Source of the DNA: an uncultured Imperialibacter sp.
Lineage (GTDB): Bacteria > Bacteroidota > Bacteroidia > Cytophagales > Cyclobacteriaceae
DNA: 64,000 nt
Assembly (NCBI GenBank): GCA_965651695.1
Contig: CBFGTI010000005.1
Span: 2,886-66,885, forward strand
Reading direction: 5' to 3'
The position numbers were made by a program, and so were the translations under genes. The notes under the pieces are model-generated. The model was not told the DNA's origin. It saw only the letters and a list, made by a program, of their open reading frames with translations, and did not search any database. Below are positions 8,310 through 16,691 of this stretch, piece after piece (within the stretch, counting starts at the first letter, position 1; the number at the start of each line of letters is the position of its first letter).

Positions 8310-9202
8310 ACAGCAGTCTTTAGGGCACGCCCCAGGCTTTGCGTTAGATTTTGTGCGACTTGTCCGCTTTCGTCCTTTACAGGATTATAGATGGTAATGC
8401 TAATGCCTGCCAGTTTTTTTGCCAAAAAGACACTTCTGATCAACGCTTCCATCTGCTCAAATTGCAAGCCTCCGGGCAACCGGTAATCTACGGCGGGGTT
8501 TACGTCGTCCGACAGCACGTCAGTATCGTAATGCAGCCAGAAGCCGTCCACATTCAGGCTATTTGCCACCTGAAGGGTTTCCACAATAGCGGCTTCCATC
8601 CCTTTCTGTTCAATGTCGGCCAGCGGAATGCAGTTAATGGATGTGGTGCAAATATCTTGTGCTCCGTAAGTCCGGGCTTCTTCCTCGTCGCGTTGGCCAA
8701 TATGTATTACGTGTTCATCCTTTACATAAGGCCATTGGTTGTTGATGTTTGTTAGCACTTCGGGCCCACGGCCGGTTACTATTGCCAGGTCCATATCGGC
8801 TACCTCGCCGGTCAGCGACTTTTCCGGGTCGTAAAAATCGGCGTGGGCATCGCAGAAGATGAGGCCAAAAGCGCCTTGCGCTTTCATGGCGGGCATTATG
8901 CCTACCAGTATACTGCAGTCGCCACCCAACACCACGGGGAAGCGCTTCTTGAGCAGGGAATCGGAAACAGCGGAAGCCAGCAACTGTGAAAAATTGGCAA
9001 TCGCCTTCACATTGAGGCAGTGGGTTTCCCGGTCTCGTTTGTCGCTGTAGAGTGTATTTAGCGTGGGGAGGTACCGCACGGGATTGGCCGTTTGCAGGGC
9101 ACCTTCGAGCCCCGCCGCAAGCATGCTTTGGGCAAGATGCTGCACACCCGAGGGCCGTAAGCCCAGAATGGACGGAGCCGAAATGATTTCAAGGTTGTTC
9201 AC
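8306..9202 (-). CDS. Arginase/agmatinase/formimidoylglutamase-family metallohydrolase (ureohydrolase fold)
   Basis: Metal-binding motifs appear in family order: GGDCSI, CDAHADFYDP, DMDLAIVTG, HYDTDVLSDD. The start codon is GTG. Confidence 0.85.
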   Translation of the reverse strand: MNNLEIISAPSILGLRPSGVQHLAQSMLAAGLEGALQTANPVRYLPTLNTLYSDKRDRETHCLNVKAIANFSQLLASAVSDSLLKKRFPVVLGGDCSILVGIMPAMKAQGAFGLIFCDAHADFYDPEKSLTGEVADMDLAIVTGRGPEVLTNINNQWPYVKDEHVIHIGQRDEEEARTYGAQDICTTSINCIPLADIEQKGMEAAIVETLQVANSLNVDGFWLHYDTDVLSDDVNPAVDYRLPGGLQFEQMEALIRSVFLAKKLAGISITIYNPVKDESGQVAQNLTQSLGRALKTAV

Positions 9203-9546
9203 CTGCTTCGTTTAAAGCCCGTAAAACCATGTGCCGGCGGATCGGCATGCGAAGCGCCTTTCTCCCTGCATTGCTCATGTTCTTGTGATTCGCAGTCTTT
9301 TTAAACTAACTGCGAGAGCGTACGATTGTTGTATTGCTGCCTTTTTATTGGCTGCGAACAATGTGGAAGGGCTCCGTCCTCCTTTTTTGCCACGAGTTGC
9401 CCACATAATCGCTCCGATTTGATTTAAACACACGCATGTATGGAAGATTTCTTCAATTCTGTTTACATTCGTGGTTTAGCCGATCCTCATTTTAAAGACC
9501 TGAGTTTAATTAAGTTACTTATTTTTAACCATTGTCTCTATTCTCG

Positions 9547-10500
9547 ATGAGGTACCTTTTTATCTTCCTGTTGGCTGCCTGCAGCTATGAGGTTGCAGCA
9601 CAGGGCTGCAGCGATGCGGGTTTTTGCACTATGGGTGCCATGAAACCCGACCAAAACTACAATAGGCGCATACAAATAAAGCTGCGATCGGTGGAGCTCA
9701 CGCACTACACGGGTTTCACACGATTTAAAGACGTGATATACAACTACGTAGCCGACGTAAACATTGGCGTCAACAGCAAAACCACCGTACAGGTAAAGCT
9801 GCCGTATGTGTTTGTGGATGGCGCCCTTGCCAATACGCAAGGCCTGGGAGACATGAGCCTGAGCCTAACCCGCAACCTCGTTACGCATGAGGACTACCAG
9901 GTGAATTTTACTGTTGGTTCCAAAATACCTACGGGCAAGGAGAATATAACCAACGTCGAGGGGCAGTCGCTGCCTATGTATAACCAAACCGGACTGGGTA
10001 CTTACGACGCCGTGGCAGGCGTATCCGTTATTACTGCAAAATGGCTGGCAGCTACCGGCATTCAACGTCCGTTTGGCGACATCAACAGCACCTTCCTCTG
10101 GAGCGATTGGGCGGGCGACCCGCTGGAGGAAAAGGCGCTGGAATACACACAGGCACGCTCGCTGAAGCGAGGCACCGACGTGATGTTCAGGATAGAGCGA
10201 AACTTCAGATTTACCAACTACAATTTCAGCGCCGGTTTGCTGCCAATTTACCGCCTCACCAAAGACATCATTAATGTGCCGGTGTCGGATGCAAACGGCA
10301 ACTTCATTGGCAATCAGGACAAAATTGTAGAAGGTTCCGACGGCCTTGCACTCACCTTGCTGGTGAGCGGCGGCTATCAGTTCAACACCAAAGTAGGGAT
10401 AAAGGTGATCAACGGGTTCCGGCTGGTGCAGCGCGACAAAAACCCCGATGGCTTATCGCGCAAAATGGTCAATAATGTTTCATTTGTTTACCGGTTTTAA
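9547..10500 (+). CDS. Outer-membrane beta-barrel protein (MetA-pathway/transporter-like)
   Basis: ATG at 9547 gives the signal peptide MRYLFIFLLAACSYEVAAQ. The protein has alternating amphipathic beta-strand periodicity, a GLGD motif and a C-terminal ...VSFVYRF beta-signal ending in Phe. Its stop lies 2 nt before the CHAT gene start. Confidence 0.7.
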   Translation: MRYLFIFLLAACSYEVAAQGCSDAGFCTMGAMKPDQNYNRRIQIKLRSVELTHYTGFTRFKDVIYNYVADVNIGVNSKTTVQVKLPYVFVDGALANTQGLGDMSLSLTRNLVTHEDYQVNFTVGSKIPTGKENITNVEGQSLPMYNQTGLGTYDAVAGVSVITAKWLAATGIQRPFGDINSTFLWSDWAGDPLEEKALEYTQARSLKRGTDVMFRIERNFRFTNYNFSAGLLPIYRLTKDIINVPVSDANGNFIGNQDKIVEGSDGLALTLLVSGGYQFNTKVGIKVINGFRLVQRDKNPDGLSRKMVNNVSFVYRF

Positions 10501-10502
10501 CG

Positions 10503-13178
10503 ATGAGACTTTCAACACTATTCCTCGTTATTCTGAGCTTATGCTTTGGAGCTGCCAATGCACAGGACACCCTGGTAGAACAGGCCGAAAAAGAGCTGCT
10601 GAAAGCTAGCTACACAGTGGCGTTTTCAGGGTTTGAAGAAGCCTCGGCCTATTACCTGAAAAGCAAGCAACCGGACAAATACGCCCTTTGCCGGCTGCGA
10701 ATGGCCGAGTGCCAGCTTGCCATGGGTGAGGCGCAGCAGGCGCTCACGCTGGTGCAGGAAACCCGCGACGGCGTGCCTGCTTCAGCCATGCTAGATGCCA
10801 TTTCCATGAACCTGCTGGGCGAAGTGCACCTGCGGTCGGGCCGCAACGACCTGGCGCTGGAGGAATTGCTGAAGGCCGAAAAGCTTTTCCCCGCCAACAG
10901 CCTCGAGCAGGCCAAGTGCTACAACGACCTGGGCGTAGTGTACTGGAACAACGGAAACAGAGAGCTGGCGCTGCAATACCACGAGAAAGCCCTCTCCATC
11001 AGAAAGCAGGCGGGCAGCGAAAAGGCTGTTTTGCAGGCCGATTCGTACAACAACATCGGCCTCATTTACCTGCAAGACCTCCCCTCCTTTGCGGTCGGTT
11101 ACTTCAATAATGCTATCGAAATTTACAAGACACAGCTTGGTGGCACCCACCCCAAAGTAGCCAATGGCTATAGCAACCTTGCCTTTGCCACGGCTTTTCA
11201 GCGAGACTACGACAAAGCGCTGCAGTACCTCGACATGGTAATGGATATTTGGAATGCCACTTACAGGATGGACCACCCCAACAAGGCCTTTACCATAAGC
11301 AACAAGGGCCGGATAGCCGAAATGAAGGGCGCCTACGATGAAGCGCTGGTGTTTCAGCGGGTTGCCCTGCAAATGTACCAGCGCCTGTACGGCGACAAAC
11401 ATCCGGAGATTGCCAATACCTATGCATTAATAGGCTCTGTATATCAAAAGCAGAACGACTTTAAGGCAGCCGCCGAGAACTACCAGCAATCGATATACGC
11501 CAACCTCTATTCTCAGCAGCATCAAACCCTTTATGACCTGCCTGAGCTTCGGGACTATTACAACGCCGATATTCTGCTTTCTTCGCTTCAATCGAAAGCC
11601 AAAGCCCTGGAAGCCCTGCACTTTGAAAATACGCTGAAACTGCGGGATATCGACGGAGCGCTGAATACCTACCTGGCCTGCGATGAGCTGATTACACAAA
11701 TACGACAGCTGAGACTGAATGAGGCCGACAAGCTAAGGCTGGGGGCGGTAGCTGCCGAACTTTATGAAAGCGGCATAAGCACCGCACTGTACCTGAGCGA
11801 ACACACCTTCAACAAAAATCATTACCGTAAGCTGGCGTTTAATTTCTGCGAAAGAAGCAAGTCGGCAGTGCTGCTCGATGCTATTAACGACACCAAGGCC
11901 AAGCATTTTGCCGGCATACCCGACACGGAATTGGCGCGTGAAGACAGCCTGAAGGACCAGATTATCCTTTTGAAGCAAAAAGTGGCTGGCGCAGACTCGC
12001 AGGAAAAAGAGAAGGAGCTGGAAGAACAGCTTTTCGCGGTAGAATTAGCCTTACGAAACTTTGTGGCAGAGCTCGAAAGCCGTTACCCTGAATATTACAA
12101 ATTGAAATACAGCACCACACTGGCAACCGTGGAAACATTGCAGCCGCTGCTCAACGAATCTACAGCGGTGCTATCGTATTTTACCGGCGAAGAAAACATC
12201 TATGCTTTTTTAATCACGCGGAGCAAATACAAGGTTTTCACGCTAAGAAAAGAAAAAGACTTCGCGAGAAATGTAACCGGTCTGAGAAATAGCATCAAAT
12301 ACCGCCAGGCAGAGGCTTTTGAAAGCATTGCCGGCAAACTCTACAGGCAACTGATGCCTCAGCTGCCGGCCAGCGTTTTGTCGGTTATTGTACTGCCCGA
12401 CGGCCAGATTGGAAGCATACCTTTCGAATCGCTGGTTGTGAAAAAAGAGAACAGTGGAAAGACTAAATTCCTAATCGAAGAGCTGTCGGTTTCATACGAC
12501 TATTCGGCCACACTTTTAGCAGAACGGATCGCAAGCAGTGAATCAGCAAGCGGCAACGGCATTTTGCTATCGGCACCCATTACCTTCGCTTCCAACGACA
12601 CCCCGATGCAAAACCTGCCCGCCACCGAAAAGGAGGTGCAGGAGATTAAGTTTCTGTTTGCGGGTTCGCCGCAGGAGGCAACGCTGGCACTCAGTGCTTC
12701 GGCATCGGAAAAGCTGGCCAAATCGGACCAACTGCGTCGCTACAAGTACCTCCATTTTGCCACACACGGAATGGTGGACCAATCGAAGCCTGAGCTGTCA
12801 AAAATATTTCTTGCACCTGATGATGACGAAGACGGGAGTTTGTATTCCGGCGAGATATACGGGCTGCAAATCAACGCAGATCTGGTGAACCTCTCGGCAT
12901 GCGAAACAGGCCTAGGCAAGGTAAGTAAAGGTGAGGGCATAATCGGGCTTAGCAGGGCATTGATGTATGCAGGTGCCAAAAACCTGGTGGTTTCGCTATG
13001 GCAGGTAGCCGATGCCTCCACCGCCGACCTGATGATTGAATTTTACAGGCAGCACCTCTTTCATAGCAACAACAACCTCTTTGCTGATGATCTGCGCAAA
13101 GCGAAGCTTAGCCTGCTGCAAAGTGACCAATACAGCGACCCCTACTACTGGGCACCCTTTATTCTGGTGGGGATGTGA
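10503..13178 (+). CDS. Secreted TPR-repeat CHAT-domain (caspase-like, clan CD) protein
   Basis: Signal peptide MRLSTLFLVILSLCFGAANAQ. N-terminal TPR repeats (…YNDLGVVYWNNGNRELALQYHEKAL…). The C-terminal CHAT domain has the His/Cys dyad context LHFATHG … VNLSACETGLG. Confidence 0.9.
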   Translation: MRLSTLFLVILSLCFGAANAQDTLVEQAEKELLKASYTVAFSGFEEASAYYLKSKQPDKYALCRLRMAECQLAMGEAQQALTLVQETRDGVPASAMLDAISMNLLGEVHLRSGRNDLALEELLKAEKLFPANSLEQAKCYNDLGVVYWNNGNRELALQYHEKALSIRKQAGSEKAVLQADSYNNIGLIYLQDLPSFAVGYFNNAIEIYKTQLGGTHPKVANGYSNLAFATAFQRDYDKALQYLDMVMDIWNATYRMDHPNKAFTISNKGRIAEMKGAYDEALVFQRVALQMYQRLYGDKHPEIANTYALIGSVYQKQNDFKAAAENYQQSIYANLYSQQHQTLYDLPELRDYYNADILLSSLQSKAKALEALHFENTLKLRDIDGALNTYLACDELITQIRQLRLNEADKLRLGAVAAELYESGISTALYLSEHTFNKNHYRKLAFNFCERSKSAVLLDAINDTKAKHFAGIPDTELAREDSLKDQIILLKQKVAGADSQEKEKELEEQLFAVELALRNFVAELESRYPEYYKLKYSTTLATVETLQPLLNESTAVLSYFTGEENIYAFLITRSKYKVFTLRKEKDFARNVTGLRNSIKYRQAEAFESIAGKLYRQLMPQLPASVLSVIVLPDGQIGSIPFESLVVKKENSGKTKFLIEELSVSYDYSATLLAERIASSESASGNGILLSAPITFASNDTPMQNLPATEKEVQEIKFLFAGSPQEATLALSASASEKLAKSDQLRRYKYLHFATHGMVDQSKPELSKIFLAPDDDEDGSLYSGEIYGLQINADLVNLSACETGLGKVSKGEGIIGLSRALMYAGAKNLVVSLWQVADASTADLMIEFYRQHLFHSNNNLFADDLRKAKLSLLQSDQYSDPYYWAPFILVGM

Positions 13179-13230
13179 GGAGTTTTTAGTTCTGAGTTTT
13201 TAGTTTGTTGAGTAACGGAACCCTGTCTCC

Positions 13231-13403
13231 GACGAAATGTGCAGTGGACAGCGGTTCGTCGACTGTAGACTGCTTAACCACCCGCTGACAGGGTGAAAAA
13301 CCACTGTCTGGGGCTTTGCGGGTACCCCAGCGTCCCGTTCCGGTTCAGCGAGCTCCTTCTTCAACGAAATGTGCAGTGGACAGCGGTCCGTCGACTGTGG
13401 ACT
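13231..13403. repeat. 41-bp direct repeat pair (RACGAAATGTGCAGTGGACAGCGGTYCGTCGACTGTRGACT)
   Basis: Copies lie at 13231-13271 and 13363-13403 and differ at 3-4 positions. A related inverted copy of the AACGAAATGTGC core lies near 48690-48702. Confidence 0.8.
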
Positions 13404-13475
13404 TAACTATCGACTTTTTCCCTACCCACACCCCATCGCTGGTCCAAACATCGTTGAATAGACAAACACGTTGAC

Positions 13476-13706
13476 ATGGACCAATTGAAGAGGAAGATAA
13501 TTGCAAAAATAAATGAGCTGACTGATGAGCGGCTTTTGCGGGAAATAGAGCAACTTCTCCACGATAAAAAAGAAATGCAGGAGTTGGAAGCGTTTGTAGT
13601 TGAAAGCCGCATCGACGAAATAGAAGATGATGAGTTCGTCAACCGCGAGGAGGCGGAAAGGCTTGCTGCCAACTCCCTTAAAACAAAAAGGGGCCCGAGG
13701 CTATAG
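13476..13706 (+). CDS. Small acidic hypothetical protein
   Basis: 76 aa ORF with an ATG start and coiled-coil-like charged composition. No family recognised, so it could be spurious. Confidence 0.35.
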   Translation: MDQLKRKIIAKINELTDERLLREIEQLLHDKKEMQELEAFVVESRIDEIEDDEFVNREEAERLAANSLKTKRGPRL

Positions 13707-13750
13707 TTGCCCCGGCACCCCGGCTGAAGGTCCCTTCCTGTCTCGGTTCT

Positions 13751-14377
13751 TTAGTAGTTCATATTGTATGCCAGGAAAATCTGTCCCAGGCTGTTTTTGG
13801 AATTACCTAGAAAAAAACGCCCCTCAGCACTATCGGCAACCCTTCTCAATCCCAAGTTATACCTCACGCCGAGGCTCAGCTCTCCAAAATTGAGCCCGAA
13901 GTCACCCGCCAAGCCATAGTCGAAGGCGTTGAAGCTGCCCTTGTCGAGGTTGGTGTACTCGGGGCCGAAGTCGCCGCTTGCAGAAATAGAGGCATTCACC
14001 AGGTAGGAGATGTAAGGGCCCAGCCGCAGGTCGGCTGCATCGCCCAGCTTCCACACAGCCAGAATGGGTACATCCAGATAGTTCAGATTGAAGCGAAGTT
14101 CTCCGTTGTTGGCTGCCATGTCGTAGTCGGCACGGCCACCTTTTGTGTTAAATAAGAGTTCGGGCTGCACACCAAACTGCTCGAAGGCATTAAGAAACTG
14201 CCCATAAACGCCCACGTGAAAGCCTGTGCGTGTGTAATCCTTGCTGGCCTCGTCGATAAACAGGTTGCTGAAGTTGATCCCGCCTTTTACGCCCGACCTT
14301 GCTGTTTGCGCTTCGGCAATACCGATGATACCTAGTGAAAATATTAAGAGTACTGATAATCGTTTTGTTGTTTCCAT
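13751..14377 (-). CDS. Outer-membrane beta-barrel (porin-family, OMP_b-brl type) protein
   Basis: Internal ATG at 14377 gives the signal peptide METTKRLSVLLIFSLGIIGIAEAQ. The protein is an 8-10 strand barrel-type sequence ending ...IFLAYNMNY. The longer track ORF upstream has no signal peptide. Confidence 0.8.
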   Translation of the reverse strand: METTKRLSVLLIFSLGIIGIAEAQTARSGVKGGINFSNLFIDEASKDYTRTGFHVGVYGQFLNAFEQFGVQPELLFNTKGGRADYDMAANNGELRFNLNYLDVPILAVWKLGDAADLRLGPYISYLVNASISASGDFGPEYTNLDKGSFNAFDYGLAGDFGLNFGELSLGVRYNLGLRRVADSAEGRFFLGNSKNSLGQIFLAYNMNY

Positions 14378-14792
14378 AATCGTTCTGTTTTTAAAATGTA
14401 ATAGCACAAGGAGACGGTTTACATTGAAGCACCGCACTTCTTCCTTTTTTTGGATTTGCCACGCCTGACACAGATTGTGCAGGAGTTCCCACCCCACGAC
14501 TCAGGTGCAATGACCGTCCCTTCTAGCCAACAGTAGAAACGAATACGATGCCAATGGCAAGGCGCCCGTGGGGCAGATACAGCTGTTTATACACTTCTCA
14601 TCTCAAAAAAATAGGCCGGATGAGCTTTTGAGCGATAGAAGAGTGCCTTTTTGCGCGAAAGTGTGCCGCGGCAAAGCGAGCCGCAGCGGACTGCATGGCG
14701 CGGGGTGTATCCATGCCGACCCTCCCAGGCTTCCTTTCTGGGTGAGGATACTCCTGAAAAAGTGCTGCCCCGCCACGTTAAATACACAGATT

Positions 14793-14810
14793 TGTGGAAA
14801 TTCCTCCACA
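14793..14810. promoter_or_regulatory. 18-bp palindrome TGTGGAAATTCCTCCACA (candidate operator or hairpin)
   Basis: Lies in a gene-free gap about 170 bp upstream of the YtxH gene. A near-identical site with the same 3' flank (CCTG.CAAAC/CAAC) occurs at 26351-26368. Confidence 0.3.
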
Positions 14811-14978
14811 CCTGTCAACAACAAAGAGCTATTTTGGACGCTTTATTAAAAAATATTAACACGCTGTTATACTGCAAGTTACAATCCATCAACCCATTTA
14901 TTGACCAGAAGAAACTTATTGGAATGGATTTTTCTCATTAGCTCTCCGATTAAGGAATCAAAACAAAATCAATTTGCC

Positions 14979-15275
14979 ATGAACACGAACATGAAAGTAA
15001 TAGGAGGGATAATATTGGGAGTTGCCGTTGGATCTCTGGTAGGTCTGCTAACAGCCCCCAGCAGTGGGAAGAGTACCCGAAAGAAGATAGACGAAAGGTC
15101 TAACGAAATCAAGAAGGTAGTCGGAGATGCTGTCATGGACGCTGTTAGCCAGATCAAGAAATCGTACCAGAAAGTGATTAACGATGCATCTGAGGCTGCA
15201 CAGCAGCAAAACAGAGAAATTGCCAACAGGGTCTCCGAAAAGACTAACAACGTTGTGGAAAGAGCCAGGTCATAA
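14979..15275 (+). CDS. YtxH-domain general-stress-type protein
   Basis: ATG at 14979. The N-terminal helix GGIILGVAVGSLVGLLTAPSSGKSTRKKI is the YtxH signature, followed by a charged helical tail. Confidence 0.8.
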   Translation: MNTNMKVIGGIILGVAVGSLVGLLTAPSSGKSTRKKIDERSNEIKKVVGDAVMDAVSQIKKSYQKVINDASEAAQQQNREIANRVSEKTNNVVERARS

Positions 15276-15304
15276 TACCCGAAACTCTGCAAAAAACGGC
15301 ATTT

Positions 15305-15490
15305 ATGAATAAGCTTGAGGTAAAAGGCGACTGGAACAAGATTAGAGGTAAGCTGAAGCAGAAATATGCCAACCTTACTGACGACGATCTTAAATATGAA
15401 GAAGGCAAAGAAGATGAATTAATCGGCCGTCTGCAGAAAAAAACCGGCAAAGCGAAAGAAGATATTAAAAGAGACATTGAAGATATATAA
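15305..15490 (+). CDS. CsbD-family stress protein
   Basis: 61 aa. GDWNKIRGKLKQKYANLTDDDL…GKEDELIGRLQKKTGKAKED is the canonical CsbD pattern. Confidence 0.9.
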   Translation: MNKLEVKGDWNKIRGKLKQKYANLTDDDLKYEEGKEDELIGRLQKKTGKAKEDIKRDIEDI

Positions 15491-15503
15491 CCCAGCTATG
15501 GTA

Positions 15504-15545
15504 GGTTGCGGGAAAGATTACTTTCTCGTAACCTCTTTTTCTTTT
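15504..15545 (+). terminator. Rho-independent terminator after the ytxH-csbD pair
   Basis: GGTTGCGGGAAAG-ATTA-CTTTCTCGTAACC forms a 13-bp stem with two G-U pairs, followed by CTCTTTTTCTTTT. Confidence 0.7.
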
Positions 15546-15709
15546 AATACTCAACACTCAAGTTTCATGGTGCTGTATTCCCGGTACTGTGCAGTTAGCG
15601 GTGAAGCAATTATCCCGCTTGTGTAGAATTACCTCCCCAACCGTCTAACCGAAGCCATTTTGCAACTGTAAAAAACAGTGGCAGGTGGCTTTCTCTTTAA
15701 GTGAAAAAA

Positions 15710-16111
15710 ATGAAGAAAGAGGAGATAAAATTTATTTACAACAGTGATAAGCTCACCGACCGCAGGGCTCTTGGCTATGTAACCGCGCTTGACAAGCATG
15801 TGATTAACGAGTTTGATGTTACAAAAAATAGCCTTACGGAAACACAGCTGGCACAGTTAGCCGACAGGTTGAACGAACCTGTTGAAAGACTTATTGATAC
15901 TTCGCATGAGAGGTATGGAAGTGAAGTGAAAGGAAAAGGATTATCTGATGAAGATATTCTGACCATCATCATTAACGATTTCTCCATGTTGAAAACCCCC
16001 ATTATCCAAATAGGAAACCAGGCATATGTACTGGCCTCCTCTTACGATACCAACAGGGTAGACATGGCGATTGAGGGCGTGATGCTGGAACATGTAAGAT
16101 CAAATAAGTAG
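15710..16111 (+). CDS. ArsC/Spx/MgsR-fold (thioredoxin-like) protein lacking the catalytic Cys
   Basis: ATG at 15710. The IKFIYNSDKLTDRRALGYV … LLKTPIIQIGNQAYVL pattern parallels the ArsC/Spx family. There is no Cys anywhere in the protein. Confidence 0.55.
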   Translation: MKKEEIKFIYNSDKLTDRRALGYVTALDKHVINEFDVTKNSLTETQLAQLADRLNEPVERLIDTSHERYGSEVKGKGLSDEDILTIIINDFSMLKTPIIQIGNQAYVLASSYDTNRVDMAIEGVMLEHVRSNK

Positions 16112-16135
16112 TGAACCAATAAAATAAAATCAAAT

Positions 16136-16621
16136 ATGAAATCAAGCAATAAATTATTCAAAGGCATAGCAATGGCGTTTATGGCGCTGATGCTGGTAAA
16201 CTGTAGCCAAAACAGAACGGCTGACTACGAGTCGTCGAGTGCTGACGACACGGAAATGAACGACCCCGCAATGCAGACCAGCGCGAATTGGGAAGACGAG
16301 AGACGGGAGCTGAGGAAGGATCTGGAAAAAGTTTCTGACAAAATTGACAAGCAAATCGAGAAAATAGAAGAAAAAACTGCAGATGCCCCTGCAGACGTAC
16401 AACAGCAGTGGAACGAAACGCTGGCCAGCTTAAGAGAAAAGCGGATGGAGCTAGACCAGGACATCGCTCAGCTCGACAACTCTACCGAGGACAATTGGGA
16501 CTCTTTTAAAGCCGATGTAGAGCAAAGCTGGGATAACTTCGAAGCGGAAGTGGACAGGATCGGCGACCAGGTAGCGGATTCGTTTGACGATGCTGAAGAC
16601 AATTTAGACGACAATAATTAA
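16136..16621 (+). CDS. Acidic coiled-coil lipoprotein, function unknown
   Basis: Lipobox LMLVNC after a signal peptide. The protein is very D/E-rich with a helical repeat character. Confidence 0.65.
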   Translation: MKSSNKLFKGIAMAFMALMLVNCSQNRTADYESSSADDTEMNDPAMQTSANWEDERRELRKDLEKVSDKIDKQIEKIEEKTADAPADVQQQWNETLASLREKRMELDQDIAQLDNSTEDNWDSFKADVEQSWDNFEAEVDRIGDQVADSFDDAEDNLDDNN

Positions 16622-16661
16622 CACATCCCCCGGTTCAATCCGGTTAAAGGATGAGTAACAA

Positions 16662-16691
16662 GGTGTTCCCGAATGGGGGCACCTTTTTTTT
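16662..16691 (+). terminator. Rho-independent terminator
   Basis: GGTGTTCCC-GAAT-GGGGGCACC forms a 9-bp stem, followed by TTTTTTTT. Confidence 0.7.

Noticed and set aside
7473-8390. 305 aa plus-strand ORF. Similar long ORFs occur at 4558..5418(-), 10791..11402(-), 33027..33794(-), 38071..38649(-), 53984..54769(-), 57519..58049(-), 59823..60590(+), 62393..63031(-) and 20438..21073(+).
   Set aside because: Each lies antisense to, or in an alternative frame of, a gene with clear family motifs. Their translations are Arg/Pro/His/Cys-rich or low-complexity, and none shows recognisable domains. They are typical shadow ORFs.
14568-14941. Three overlapping 73-96 aa ORFs on both strands in the gap upstream of ytxH.
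   Set aside because: They are mutually exclusive and show no family resemblance. Their Arg/Cys/Pro-rich translations are typical of GC-rich non-coding sequence. The region is treated as non-coding and discussed as a finding instead.
16626-16645. tRNA-like T-arm sequence CCGGTTCAATCCGG.
   Set aside because: The upstream sequence is the end of the 16136..16621 CDS. No acceptor, D or anticodon arms can be drawn, so it is just a 4-bp hairpin.
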